Assembly (NCBI GenBank): GCA_945897555.1
Contig: CAMDGF010000006.1
Location: 19,526 to 83,525 of the forward strand
DNA length: 64,000 bases
DNA from: Klebsiella pneumoniae
GTDB taxonomy: Bacteria; Pseudomonadota; Gammaproteobacteria; Burkholderiales; UBA3065
Reading direction: 5' to 3'
In this document: piece by piece, positions 33,375 through 43,821 of the stretch
How the letters are laid out: each line of letters starts with the position of its first letter
Numbering within the stretch: the stretch's first letter is position 1
Program-made: the position numbers and the translations under genes
Notes under the pieces: model-generated
Database searches by the model: none
What the model saw: only the letters and a program-made list of their open reading frames with translations
What the model was told of the DNA's origin: nothing

Positions 33375-34400
33375 ATGACCACCCCGCGCCTCCTTCTGCT
33401 CCTCCTTTCGGCGGTCGCGCTTGCCGCCATCCCCTGGCTGGTCGATGGTCTGCTTGGCGTCACTTGGGTGCGCATCCTCAGTTTCGCGGGGCTCTACGTG
33501 ATACTCGCCCTGGGCCTCAACATCACGGTTGGCTACGCCGGGCTGCTCGATCTGGGCTACATCGCTTTCTTTGCCGTTGGCGCCTACACCTACGCCCTGC
33601 TCTCCAGCCCACAGTTCGGCTTGCACTGGCCGCTGTGGGCAACGCTGCCGCTGGCGGCCGGTACTGCCGGGCTATTCGGTCTACTGCTCGGCACGCCCCT
33701 GCTGCGACTGCGAGGCGACTATCTGGCCATTGTCACGCTGGGCTTTGGCGAGATCACGCGCATCTTCATCAACAACCTCAACTCGCCGGTCAACATCACC
33801 AATGGCCCGCAGGGCGTGAACCAGATCGACCCCTTGCGGGCGGGGCCCATCGATCTCTCGCAGACGCTTGCGCTTGGCAGCCTCGAAGTACCGGCGGCCT
33901 ATCTGCCATGCCTGCTGTTCACGGCGCTGGCCGCACTCTTGGCATGGGCCTGCACTCGGCTCGAGCATTCGCGCATCGGCAGGGCTTGGCAAGCCATCCG
34001 CGAGGACCCATTGGCGGCGGCCGCCTGTGGCATCGACTTACGGCGTTACAAGTTGCTGGCCTTTGCCCTTGGCGCGAGTGCGGGTGGCATGGCCGGTGGG
34101 CTGTTTGCCGGCTTCCAAGGCTTCATCAGTCCGGAGAGCTTCTCGCTGACAGAATCCATCATGGTGCTGTGCATGATCGTTCTAGGCGGCATGGGCAATG
34201 TGCCAGGCGTCATCGTCGGGGCGCTCATGCTCGCCACCCTGCCCGAAGCCTTGCGTGCGCTCGGCCCTCTGCAGCAAGCCTTGCTAGGGCACATGTGGGT
34301 CGATCCGGCCGATCTGCGCATGCTGATCTTCGGCCTTGCGCTGGTCATCATGATGCTGCTGCGTCCCGCCGGCCTATGGCCTAAAGACGCTCGCCACTGA
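33375..34400 (+). CDS. livM: Branched-chain amino acid ABC permease LivM
   Basis: 341 aa with LNITVGYAGLLDLGYIAFFAVGAY and GFGEITR motifs. Confidence 0.85.
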   Translation: MTTPRLLLLLLSAVALAAIPWLVDGLLGVTWVRILSFAGLYVILALGLNITVGYAGLLDLGYIAFFAVGAYTYALLSSPQFGLHWPLWATLPLAAGTAGLFGLLLGTPLLRLRGDYLAIVTLGFGEITRIFINNLNSPVNITNGPQGVNQIDPLRAGPIDLSQTLALGSLEVPAAYLPCLLFTALAALLAWACTRLEHSRIGRAWQAIREDPLAAAACGIDLRRYKLLAFALGASAGGMAGGLFAGFQGFISPESFSLTESIMVLCMIVLGGMGNVPGVIVGALMLATLPEALRALGPLQQALLGHMWVDPADLRMLIFGLALVIMMLLRPAGLWPKDARH

Positions 34401-34410
34401 GCGCGCCAGA

Positions 34411-35264
34411 ATGAGGCCCCTGCTCTCTGCAACCGGGATCGGCAAGCGCTTTGGCGGGGTACAGGCGCTGGACAACGCCACCTTGACGGTGGCCCGTGGC
34501 CACATCCACGGCCTCATCGGCCCCAACGGTGCCGGCAAGACCACGCTGTTCAACGTGCTCACCGGGCTCTACCAAGCCGACGCAGGCCGTATCGAGCTCG
34601 ATGGCACCACCATCAGTGGCCTTGAGCCGCACCGAGTGGTGGCCTCTGGCTTGTCCCGCACGTTCCAGAACATCCGCCTGTTCGTTCGCATGAGCGTACT
34701 GGACAACGTCCTTGTCGGCACGCACCTGCGTGGGCGCGAGGGGCTATTCGGGGCATGGCTGCCCACCTTGGCGATCCGCAAGGAAAAAGCCGCGCTGCGC
34801 GAGCACGCCCTGCACCTGCTTGACTACGTGGGCGTCGGCCAGCACGCCGGGCGTCTTGCCGGAGAGCTCTCCTACGGCGACCAGCGTCGGGTTGAGATCG
34901 CGCGTGCGCTGGCAGCCCAGCCCAAGATGCTCGCGCTGGACGAACCTGCAGCCGGCATGAACCCGGCCGAGACCGATGGTTTGCGCGAATTGCTGGGGCG
35001 CATCCGCGACAACGGCACCACGCTGCTGCTCATAGAGCACGATGTACAGCTGGTGATGGGCCTTTGCGATCGCGTCACTGTGCTCGATTTCGGCCACTGC
35101 ATCGCCGACGGTCCACCCGCTGCGGTGCGCGCTGACCCGCGTGTCATTGAAGCCTACCTCGGCGGACCGTCAACTGAACCGGCGATACCGCCCACAGGCG
35201 AGGCTGCAACAGCCGATCTGGACGGCTCGATGAGCGAAGCCGGCGCTTCGCGCGGGGGCCCGCC

Positions 35265-35268
<4 letters not shown>
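34411..35268 (+). CDS. livG: ABC ATPase LivG with a ~30-aa C-terminal extension
   Basis: Walker A GPNGAGKTT, signature LSYGDQRRVEIARAL, Walker B LLALDEPAAG. Confidence 0.9.
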
Positions 35269-35984
<716 letters not shown>

Positions 35985-36034
35985 GTTCAAGGCGCAGGCG
36001 CTCAGCCTGGCCCGCGGCGCCATCAGCCATCAAG

Positions 36035-36058
36035 AAAGGCCGCCCATAGGCGGCCTTT
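36035..36058. terminator. Bidirectional hairpin between the convergent livF and MFS genes
   Basis: AAAGGCCGCC-CATA-GGCGGCCTTT; the A/T runs flank both sides. Confidence 0.6.
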
Positions 36059-36075
36059 CCCTGAGGCTCGATGCC

Positions 36076-37746
36076 TCAGCCGCCGAACAACTTGAGCGCC
36101 TTCTGCACGGTCTGCCAGATGCCCCAGGCCAGCGGGATGCCCACCGCCGCCCAAGCCACCAGGGCGAAGCCGCTCAGGCCACCGGCGCTGCCGGTCACGC
36201 TCATGCTCACATCCTTGATCGACTTCTCGTGTGCCAGACGCTTCTCTTCGGCCAGCTCAGCGTCCGACATGAACCACTTGTCGGCGACCGGACGCACCAG
36301 CAGGTTGGCGATGAAGCCCACCACCAGCATGCCCGCAAGCGCAAAGAAGATCGGCCCGTAGATCTGATCGAACGGAACGCCGGATTCCTTGCGCACATCG
36401 TGCATGTAGTTCACCACCACTGGGCCGAGGATGCCCGCCGTGGACCACGCGGTGAGCAGCCGCCCATGGATGGCACCGACGAACTGCGTGCCGAACATGT
36501 CCGCGAGGTAGGCCGGGATGGTGGCGAAGCCACCTCCGTACATCGAGGCGATGACGCAGAATGCGCCCACCAACAGCGCCAGCGACTTCCAGTCCGCACC
36601 AAACGACGCGGCCACATACAGCGCAGCGCCCAGGATAAAGAAGATCGAGTAGGTCCGTCGGCGGCCGAGTTTGTCAGACGATGAGGCCCAAGCGATGCGA
36701 CCGATGATGTTGAGCAGCGAGATCAGCCCGACAAAGCCAGCCGCGATGGCCGCAGCCGCATCGGCAAGACCCTGATCGGCCTTGACCTCGGCAAAACCGA
36801 GCTCAGGCTGGCCGATCAGCGCGCCGCCAAATGTCTCCTGCAGCATGGGTGCCGCCGCACCGATGATGCCGATGCCGGCCGACACGTTCATGCAGAGGAC
36901 CACCCAGAGCATCCAGAACTGCGGCGTCTTGTGCGCGTTCTTCAGGTGCACGTGGCGGGTAGCGATCATGGTGTTGGCCGCGGCATTGGCCGGCGGCGTC
37001 CAGCCTTCGGGCTTCCAGCCCGTGGGCGGCACGCGATAGCCAAAGGCGCCGCACAGCATGAACACCAGGTAGCCCAAGGCCAGCACGGTGAAGGTCTGCC
37101 AGACGCCCGGGTCGGTGGGGGTGGCGAAGTTCTTCATCAGCAATGTGGCCAGCGGCGAGCCGATCATGGCCCCACCACCAAAGCCCATGATGGCCATGCC
37201 GGTGGCCATGCCGCGCCGGTCGGGGAACCATTTGATCAAGGTCGAAACTGGAGAGATGTACCCCAGGCCAAGACCGATGCCGCCGATGACTCCGGAGCCG
37301 AGCCACATCAGCCAGAGCTGGTGGATGTAGACGCCGTAGGCAGAGATGAGCATGCCGCCGCACCAGCAGATGGCCGAGACCAGACCGGCCTTGCGCGGGC
37401 CGGCGCGTTCCAGCCAGCCGCCCCACACCGCAGCCGAGATGCCGAGCAGCACGAAGAACAAGGTGTACATCCAGCCCAGGTCGAACTGTGACCAGTTGCA
37501 GTCGGTGGCGGTGAGGGCGCGCAGCGTGCCGTCGAGCTTGTCGCCAAAGGTGGTGGCACCGGCCGCGCACTCGGCCAGCGGCTTGCCGTCCTCACCCATC
37601 AGCGCCTTACCCAGCGGCTTCCAAAACACCGAGAAGCCGTAGGCCATGCCGATACACAGGTGGATGGCGAGCGCGGCGGGCGGGACCAGCCAGCGATTGA
37701 AACCGGGACCGGCGATGGTCCGTTCCTTGTCGAGAAAACCCGTCAC
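36076..37746 (-). CDS. MFS transporter, oxalate/formate antiporter (OFA)-like family
   Basis: About 556 aa from the GTG at 37746, preceded by GGAGGAG. About 12+ TM segments with an OFA-like N-terminus (NRWLVPPAALAIHLCIGMAYGFSVFWKPL). Confidence 0.8.
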   Translation of the reverse strand: MTGFLDKERTIAGPGFNRWLVPPAALAIHLCIGMAYGFSVFWKPLGKALMGEDGKPLAECAAGATTFGDKLDGTLRALTATDCNWSQFDLGWMYTLFFVLLGISAAVWGGWLERAGPRKAGLVSAICWCGGMLISAYGVYIHQLWLMWLGSGVIGGIGLGLGYISPVSTLIKWFPDRRGMATGMAIMGFGGGAMIGSPLATLLMKNFATPTDPGVWQTFTVLALGYLVFMLCGAFGYRVPPTGWKPEGWTPPANAAANTMIATRHVHLKNAHKTPQFWMLWVVLCMNVSAGIGIIGAAAPMLQETFGGALIGQPELGFAEVKADQGLADAAAAIAAGFVGLISLLNIIGRIAWASSSDKLGRRRTYSIFFILGAALYVAASFGADWKSLALLVGAFCVIASMYGGGFATIPAYLADMFGTQFVGAIHGRLLTAWSTAGILGPVVVNYMHDVRKESGVPFDQIYGPIFFALAGMLVVGFIANLLVRPVADKWFMSDAELAEEKRLAHEKSIKDVSMSVTGSAGGLSGFALVAWAAVGIPLAWGIWQTVQKALKLFGG

Positions 37747-37860
37747 GTCGTCTCCTCCCTGAGTTTTTGAGTTGTATGTCTGATGCGAGTGGCCCGGCAA
37801 ATTGTAAGGGCGTTGATGGCGAGCGCGCGCCGGCGTCATGCCCAAACAGGGCCACAAAAC

Positions 37861-37888
37861 AAAACAGCCACCCGAGGGTGGCTGTTTT
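37861..37888 (-). terminator. Rho-independent terminator after the porin gene
   Basis: AAAA-CAGCCACC-CGAG-GGTGGCTG-TTTT. The minus strand continues with TTTTGTTTTG. Confidence 0.75.
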
Positions 37889-37923
37889 GTGTGCTGCAGT
37901 ACCGCGTCTAAGCGCTTGCGCGA

Positions 37924-39006
37924 TTAGAAGGAGTGGCGAACACCAGCGCCGACACCCCACTCGCCGTAACCGACCGAATTGTCGCGGCCAGCGTTGCTCG
38001 AGGAGTACAGGCCCGAGCCGGTGGTCAGACCGCCAGACGCTGCGCAGGCCGAACCAGCGTCGCTCGACAGACGGGCGGCATCGACGTACAGACGGGTGCG
38101 CTTCGACAGGTCATGATTCACACCGACCGCGAACTTCTTGCACTCGGGGGTGCTGGCAGGACCCTTCAACTCACCGTAAACATAACCAACCTTGAGGGTG
38201 GTGGCTTCACCGATCGGCGCGGTGGCGCCAACCTGCCAGCCTTGGTCGATGTCGGTCAGGTGCTGCCACAGACCCATCACCTTGACCATACCGAAGTCGT
38301 AGCTCGCACCGATCGTCTGCACGTGCACGTTGCTCGGGTTGCCAGCGTAGACCCACAGCTTTTCATAAGACAGGGTCACGTCGAGGGGGCCATTGTTGTA
38401 CAGAGCAGCAGCCACATACAGAGGGGTCGAGCCGGCATCGCGCACTCGTTGGTCTTGGCCAATCAGGTTCGAGGTGTAAGCGAACAGACCCTTCAGGCCC
38501 GGCAGAACATCCGGTGTGACCCATGCCAACACGTTGTCGGCGTAGTCAGCACCGCTGTTTTGCACAGCCAGCGCGCCACCCACACCGAAGCCGCCGAACG
38601 GATCGTACTTCTTGATGAAGCCGGCACGGGCACCACCCGCGCGGCCAGCGATCACGGTACCGAAATCACCCGACAGAGCGAGATAAGAATAGATGGTGCT
38701 GAAATTACCGCTCTGCGAAGCTTGACCCGCGGGTGCGCCAGCGTCCAGTGCGAAGCCGAACATGGCGTCGCCGCTGATCTTCATGCCGTTGCCGAGGTCT
38801 TCCGACATACGGAAGCCAATACCGTTGTGACCATTCATGCCGCTGGCCACATTGAAGCTGGTGCCTTCACCGGTGGTGACGCCGTTGTCCGAACCGCCAC
38901 GGGCCACGACACCCACGTCAAATGCGCCGTAGATCTGCACGCCGTCGGCCATGGCCGGGGCAGCAAAGGCAGTTGCCAGAGCAACCGCGAGAAGCTTCTT
39001 GTTCAT
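37924..39006 (-). CDS. Gram-negative general porin
   Basis: 360 aa. Signal MNKKLLAVALATAFAAPAMA, alternating beta-strand pattern and terminal ..GAGVRHSF. Confidence 0.85.
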   Translation of the reverse strand: MNKKLLAVALATAFAAPAMADGVQIYGAFDVGVVARGGSDNGVTTGEGTSFNVASGMNGHNGIGFRMSEDLGNGMKISGDAMFGFALDAGAPAGQASQSGNFSTIYSYLALSGDFGTVIAGRAGGARAGFIKKYDPFGGFGVGGALAVQNSGADYADNVLAWVTPDVLPGLKGLFAYTSNLIGQDQRVRDAGSTPLYVAAALYNNGPLDVTLSYEKLWVYAGNPSNVHVQTIGASYDFGMVKVMGLWQHLTDIDQGWQVGATAPIGEATTLKVGYVYGELKGPASTPECKKFAVGVNHDLSKRTRLYVDAARLSSDAGSACAASGGLTTGSGLYSSSNAGRDNSVGYGEWGVGAGVRHSF

Positions 39007-39164
39007 TCAGTTCCCCTTCAGAGAAGTTTTGATCACCGTCTCATGCCGAGACTGGTGATTGCATTTTCAGTCGAGAGTGTTACGTTCTCAAGCAAAAGTG
39101 CTTCTCTTGGGGGCCTTTTTGACCTGTTGTTGCATTTTTGCAACGCATCAGGCCGCGAGCGCCC

Positions 39165-40523
39165 TCACGTCCCGTCGCGCGCCCGCTCGATCACGGTCTG
39201 GCAGAGGCCGCGGACGCCTTCGGCGAGCCTTTCCACCACCCCACCATCGGCACCTTCGGCGCGACTCTGCCGGCTCGCCGTCGGCAGCCTCGCCAGCAGT
39301 TGTCGACCCAGGCGCCGCACCCCGTCGAGCAGTTCATCGGCCGGCGTGTCCGCCTCCTCGGCGAGCCATGCCCAGGCCGCGGCATCGACCTTCTCCGGAT
39401 CGGCCTGCCCCCCGACCGGCAACGCCAGCGGGCGCGGGCTGAAGCCATCAGCACGCTCAAAGGGCCAGAGACTGCGCAGCCCATAGCTGGGCGCCAATCG
39501 CAGCCGCCCTCCGGGATCGACAAAAAAAGCAAGGTTGCCGGGCTCCATGTTGTGGATACCGGCGAGAACCTGCCAAGCCACTCGGCGCAGCAATTCAGCG
39601 ACCTCCGCCCGGGGATCGGCGGCATGTGCCCGCACCGCCCGCAGCAGAGCCGTGAGCCAGGCCTGACGGACTTCGACCGGCGCGTTGATGGGCTGAGGTG
39701 GCAGGCCGAGCAGCTGCCAGCCAGAGATCACGTGCAGGCGGTGGATGCTATTGCCGCGAGGCCGTCGCTGCCGGTCGAAGCGGCGGATCTGGAGTGCCGG
39801 GCCGCAGTCGAGTTTGAGCATGGACACCTCGGCCGAGGGCAGTCCACAGCCTGCGGCCAGGCGGCTCATGAACAACTCGTTGGCCGACAGGCTGCTGCAG
39901 GTCCGTTCGGCACCGCCGACCTTGATGACATGCGTGCTGGCTACGCGATCCGCGACCACCAAGCTGCGACGCTCATCGACGATGTGCAGGGCCAGCTTGT
40001 CGCGCGTGCCCGGCAACAGCGAATGGACCTTGTGATCCCAGTATTGGAGGCTTTGGCTGTCTCGCCAGGCGATACGCCGAGACAACTCGTTGAGCGGCAC
40101 TTCGCGCAGAGTGTCGGCGCCAAAAGGGTCGCTCGGGGGAGAGGGCAGTGGCCGTCCGAAGCGCAACGCCCCTGCTGTATCAAGACCGCCCCCGGTGCTC
40201 AAGATGCCGGCGATGTCGTCGTCGCGCCGACGCAGGTCGGCCGTCAGGCTGGTCAGAGGCTTGCCCGCGGGCAGCAGCCCAAGCAAAAAAGCACTCAATG
40301 CCTGCGCCCGCTGCTCGGCGTCCATGGCGTCGAGGCGGGCAGGTGCGAGCAATGGAGAGAGCGGGAACTGGTCGTGCCGGGCACACCAAGTGGCGGCGTA
40401 GCGAAAAGACTCTGGCGCGCCACCCGGCTGGTAGTCGAGGGTACCGACCAGATCCAGTTCGGCATCCGGGCCGGCATACACCGGCATCGACCGGACCGGC
40501 GCGCGGGACGGGTTGGGTTCCAT
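39165..40523 (-). CDS. HipA-like protein with degenerate kinase catalytic residues (putative pseudokinase)
   Basis: 452 aa from the ATG at 40523. The HipA N-terminal coupling domain (FRYAATW..FPLSPLL..AFLLGLLPAG..GGLDTAGALRF) and the HipA_C core (THVIKVG, NELFMSRLA, IRRFDRQ) are present. However, the loop GATDGHAKN reads AGIHNMEPGN, and the FYD Asp reads SYG. Confidence 0.7.
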   Translation of the reverse strand: MEPNPSRAPVRSMPVYAGPDAELDLVGTLDYQPGGAPESFRYAATWCARHDQFPLSPLLAPARLDAMDAEQRAQALSAFLLGLLPAGKPLTSLTADLRRRDDDIAGILSTGGGLDTAGALRFGRPLPSPPSDPFGADTLREVPLNELSRRIAWRDSQSLQYWDHKVHSLLPGTRDKLALHIVDERRSLVVADRVASTHVIKVGGAERTCSSLSANELFMSRLAAGCGLPSAEVSMLKLDCGPALQIRRFDRQRRPRGNSIHRLHVISGWQLLGLPPQPINAPVEVRQAWLTALLRAVRAHAADPRAEVAELLRRVAWQVLAGIHNMEPGNLAFFVDPGGRLRLAPSYGLRSLWPFERADGFSPRPLALPVGGQADPEKVDAAAWAWLAEEADTPADELLDGVRRLGRQLLARLPTASRQSRAEGADGGVVERLAEGVRGLCQTVIERARDGT

Positions 40524-40548
40524 GGCCTTGTCTTCTTGCGGGGAGCCG

Positions 40549-41271
40549 CTAGCGCTTGTGGCTGGCGATGGTGGCGAGACCCCGCAGAACGAGGTCGTCG
40601 ACCCGCGTGAAAGGCACGGTGAGGTGGGCTGCGATGCGGTCGGCATCGCCGCCGGTGAGGATGACGCGTGGCGTGCTGCCGGTGGCCGCAACGCGGCGCG
40701 CCACCCGCTCCACCGCGCCGCACAGCGCATCGATGGCGCCGGTGGTGATGGCATCCTCGGTGCTGGTCGGGAAAGCCGAGAAATGGCCGGTCTCGGCAGC
40801 CAGCGCCGTGCGCGCGCGCAACCCAGCATCGAGCGCGCGCAGTCCGGGGACGATGATGCCGCCGGCGAACTGCCCGTCAGCCCCCATCATGTCGACGGTG
40901 AGTGCCGTGCCCGCGCTGACGATGACGCCCGGCACGAGGCCCAGCGCGTAGGCACCGATGAGCGCGGCCCAGCGGTCGGCACCGAGCTTGGACGGCTCGG
41001 CATAGCCGTTGCGCACACCACATTCCTGCTGGCGCGCCACCACCCAGTCGATGTCGCCGTCGATGCGGTCGAGGGCGTCTTCCACGGCTTCGCGGATGTT
41101 CGGCCCGGCCACACAAGCCACCAGAACGCGGTGGATGCGCGGCAGGCCGCCCCAGACCTTTGGCAGGGTGCCGACATCGGCATGCTCGACCACGCCGCGC
41201 GTGACCAGACTCGGGCCGTCAGCGAGCGCCCATTTGATGCGGGTGTTACCAGTATCGATGAGCAGGTTCAT
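40549..41271 (-). CDS. coaX: Type III pantothenate kinase
   Basis: MNLLIDTGNTRIKWAL.., GADRWAALIGA, VDMMGADGQFAGGIIVPG. Confidence 0.9.
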   Translation of the reverse strand: MNLLIDTGNTRIKWALADGPSLVTRGVVEHADVGTLPKVWGGLPRIHRVLVACVAGPNIREAVEDALDRIDGDIDWVVARQQECGVRNGYAEPSKLGADRWAALIGAYALGLVPGVIVSAGTALTVDMMGADGQFAGGIIVPGLRALDAGLRARTALAAETGHFSAFPTSTEDAITTGAIDALCGAVERVARRVAATGSTPRVILTGGDADRIAAHLTVPFTRVDDLVLRGLATIASHKR

Positions 41272-41353
41272 GGCCTTGACTCTACCGCAAGCGGCTCGTC
41301 CCTATGCATCAACGGTCTATGCGCACACATTTTAGGGACCGGCCGTTCGAACG

Positions 41354-42337
41354 TCACGACGCCGGGGCGGCCGAGCACCGCCGGATGTCGCCAGAAAGGA
41401 GTCGCATGCGGCCAGCCGGCGTCTCCAGCAAGAGCGCGCCATCGGTGTCGATCCCTGCCGCCACCCCGTGGACGCGGCTGCCATCGGCATTGAGCACCTC
41501 GACATTGCGCAACTGCCAGGCGTGGAGTGCCTGCCATGGTTCGCGAAAAGGCTCGAAGCCTGCGCCGTCGAACATCCGTATGGCCTCGGCGAGGCGCCGC
41601 AGCGCAGCCACCAGGAGCCGCTGCCGAATGAGGCCCGCTACGGCCTCGGCGAGCGCGGCCACCGGCTGGCCGGTGTCAGGCGGCGCGCTGTGGACATTGA
41701 GGCCGACGCCGATCACTGCAGTGCTCGGGCCCAGCGCATCGCCCTGCACGTCGACCAGGATGCCGCCGAACTTGCGATCGCCGTGCACAGCATGCTGCAG
41801 CAGCAGGTCGTTGGGCCATTTGAGCCGCACACCGGCGACACCGCAGTCCTGGCAGGCGCGCGCCAACGCCACCGCCACCGCCAGACTCAGCCCGGTGAGC
41901 GCCTGGACCCCGCCCTCGAAACGCCATAGCAAAGAGAACGTGAGCCCCTGCGCCGGCATCGACAACCAGCGTCGGCCCTGTCTGCCGCGGCCCGCGGTCT
42001 GCCATTCGGCGACCCGCACGTGGCCGCTCGGCAGGCTGTCTGCACGCGCCAGCAGGTCGCTGCTGGTGGACAGGGTGTGGTCGACGGCCTCGATTTGCAA
42101 CCCGCAGTCGCGCGATTCGCGCAGCAACGCGGCTGGATCGAGCAGGTCGAGCGCGTACGGCAGCCGGTAGCCACGCCCCCGCACGCGATGGCACTCCACG
42201 CCCAGGCGCTCGAGCGCGTCGATGCGTTGACAGAGCGTGGCACGCGAAAGCCCGAGCGATCTGGCCAGCGCCTCACCGCCATGGAAGCGGCCATCGGCCA
42301 ATTGGCGCAGCAGGGGAAAGGCGTCCGCGGGGTCCAT
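41354..42337 (-). CDS. birA: Bifunctional biotin-protein ligase/biotin operon repressor BirA
   Basis: N-terminal HTH (GEALARSLGLSRATLCQRIDALERLG). Ligase core (AEWQTAGRGRQGRRW, KWPNDLL). Start set at the ATG at 42337 (MDPADAF). Confidence 0.85.
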   Translation of the reverse strand: MDPADAFPLLRQLADGRFHGGEALARSLGLSRATLCQRIDALERLGVECHRVRGRGYRLPYALDLLDPAALLRESRDCGLQIEAVDHTLSTSSDLLARADSLPSGHVRVAEWQTAGRGRQGRRWLSMPAQGLTFSLLWRFEGGVQALTGLSLAVAVALARACQDCGVAGVRLKWPNDLLLQHAVHGDRKFGGILVDVQGDALGPSTAVIGVGLNVHSAPPDTGQPVAALAEAVAGLIRQRLLVAALRRLAEAIRMFDGAGFEPFREPWQALHAWQLRNVEVLNADGSRVHGVAAGIDTDGALLLETPAGRMRLLSGDIRRCSAAPAS

Positions 42338-42428
42338 ACAGCGATTGTACGCAGCCCGCTGAAGCACCCCCAGCCATGAGCCCTCTCGACCGGTGGTGGC
42401 CACCCCTTGACAGGGTTTTTTTATACAG

Positions 42429-42448
42429 TACTGTATAGGTTAACAGTA
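42429..42448 (+). promoter_or_regulatory. SOS box (LexA operator) upstream of lexA
   Basis: TACTGTATAGGTTAACAGTA is a perfect CTGT-N8-ACAG, 27 nt upstream of the lexA ATG. Confidence 0.8.
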
Positions 42449-42474
42449 TCTGTGCAGTTGTCAGGAGCCACGCC

Positions 42475-43080
42475 ATGCCACCGCTACCGCTCACCGCCCG
42501 CCAGCAGGAGATCCTCGACTTCATCCGTGCCTGCGTGAGCGATCGCGGCGCACCGCCGACCCGTGCGGAGATCGCGTCGCATCTGGGATTCGGCTCGCTC
42601 AACGCGGCGGAGAGCCATCTGCAGGCCTTGGCCCGCAAGGGTGCGATCAGCCTTGAGCCGGGTCGATCACGCGGCATCCGCCTGCCCGAAGAGCCCGGCC
42701 TGCCGCTGGTCGGTCGGGTGGCTGCCGGCCACCCGCTGCTGGCGATGGAACACATCGAAGGCCACTGGCGGGTCGACCCGGCGCACTTCCATCCCCGTGC
42801 CGACTATCTGCTGCGGGTGCGCGGCCAGAGCATGCGCGATGCCGGCATCCTAGACGGCGACCTGCTCGCCGTGCACCGCAGTCAGACGGCGCGGGAGGGG
42901 CAGACCGTGGTCGCGCGCGTCGACGACGAGGTCACCGTCAAGTTGTTCCATCCCCGCGGCGAACGCATCGAGCTGGCGGCCTGCAACCCCGACTTCGCAC
43001 CGATCGTGGTCGACCCAGCCCGCCAGCATTTCTGCATCGAGGGCATCGGCGTCGGCGTACTGCGCGACCGCCTCAACTGA
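42475..43080 (+). CDS. lexA: SOS repressor LexA
   Basis: [29 protein letters not shown]; the cleavage-site/peptidase motifs VAAG and [13 protein letters not shown]; and [12 protein letters not shown]. Confidence 0.95.
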   Translation: MPPLPLTARQQEILDFIRACVSDRGAPPTRAEIASHLGFGSLNAAESHLQALARKGAISLEPGRSRGIRLPEEPGLPLVGRVAAGHPLLAMEHIEGHWRVDPAHFHPRADYLLRVRGQSMRDAGILDGDLLAVHRSQTAREGQTVVARVDDEVTVKLFHPRGERIELAACNPDFAPIVVDPARQHFCIEGIGVGVLRDRLN

Positions 43081-43098
43081 CCACACAAGGAGATCGCC

Positions 43099-43821
43099 AT
43101 GGGTGCCTTCGACATCGAGCTGCTGCTGCAGGGCCTCTACCCCACCGATGGCCAGACCAGCCGACCCGATGCCCGTGCAGAGACACCGGCGGTCTCGCTG
43201 CTGTCGGCCAAGCCACTCCCACGCAGGCCGGTGCCGCGCCATCCCGCAGTCTGGCGCGTCAGCGAACGGCCGGTCACACCAGCGCGCGCCATCCCCTGCG
43301 GTGTCCCCGGACTCGAACGGCAACTGCCGGGCGGTGGCTGGCAGCCCGGTTGCATCAACGAGATCATCGGCCACGGCACCGGCATTGGCGAAGTGAGCTT
43401 GCTGCTGCCGGCGCTCGCATCCCTTACACGCAAGGGTGAGACGGTGGCCTTGATCGCCGCCCCTTTCACTCCGTATGCCCCCGCACTGCAACAGGCTGGC
43501 GTCGATCTCACTCACACCCTGCGTATCGAAACGCAGAATACGGCCGACAGCGTCTGGGCGGCAGAGCAGGCTCTGCGCTCCGGCACCTGCGGAACCGTGC
43601 TGGTCTGGCTTGCCGACGCCGATCACACTGCATTGCGCCGCTTGCAACTGGCCGCCGAGGCGGGCGATGCATGCTGCTTCGTGCTGCGCCACCGCGCCCA
43701 CGCGGGTGCCACGAGCCCAGCAGCGGTGCGTGTCGAGGTGACGTCCGATGGGCGCCGCCGCGAAGTGCGCTTGCTCAAATGTCGCGGCGCGCAGGCCGGC
43801 CATGTCAGCCTCGCCGCGTGA
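43099..43821 (+). CDS. imuA: Translesion-synthesis accessory protein ImuA (RecA/SulA-like)
   Basis: LERQLPGGGWQPGCINEIIG .. VLVWLADADHTALRRLQLAAEAG. Lies directly after lexA. Confidence 0.8.
   Translation: MGAFDIELLLQGLYPTDGQTSRPDARAETPAVSLLSAKPLPRRPVPRHPAVWRVSERPVTPARAIPCGVPGLERQLPGGGWQPGCINEIIGHGTGIGEVSLLLPALASLTRKGETVALIAAPFTPYAPALQQAGVDLTHTLRIETQNTADSVWAAEQALRSGTCGTVLVWLADADHTALRRLQLAAEAGDACCFVLRHRAHAGATSPAAVRVEVTSDGRRREVRLLKCRGAQAGHVSLAA

Noticed and set aside
32576-34384. A 602-aa Arg/Gly/His-rich plus-strand ORF spanning livH and livM.
   Set aside because: It is an out-of-frame shadow ORF. The alternative frames encode canonical LivH and LivM motifs.
39129-39144. The GTTGCA-TTTT-TGCAAC palindrome after the HipA-like gene. 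It resembles the TTGCAA core of the vapB operator.
   Set aside because: It is short, with a 6-bp AT-rich stem and no U-tract. The similarity to the vapB site is limited to a common hexamer. It is probably a weak terminator or chance.
40524-40829. The upstream 102 codons of the 554-aa ORF containing the HipA-like gene.
   Set aside because: They overlap coaX in another frame and have Arg/Pro/Ser-rich composition. The HipA N-terminal domain begins just after MEPNPS (40523).
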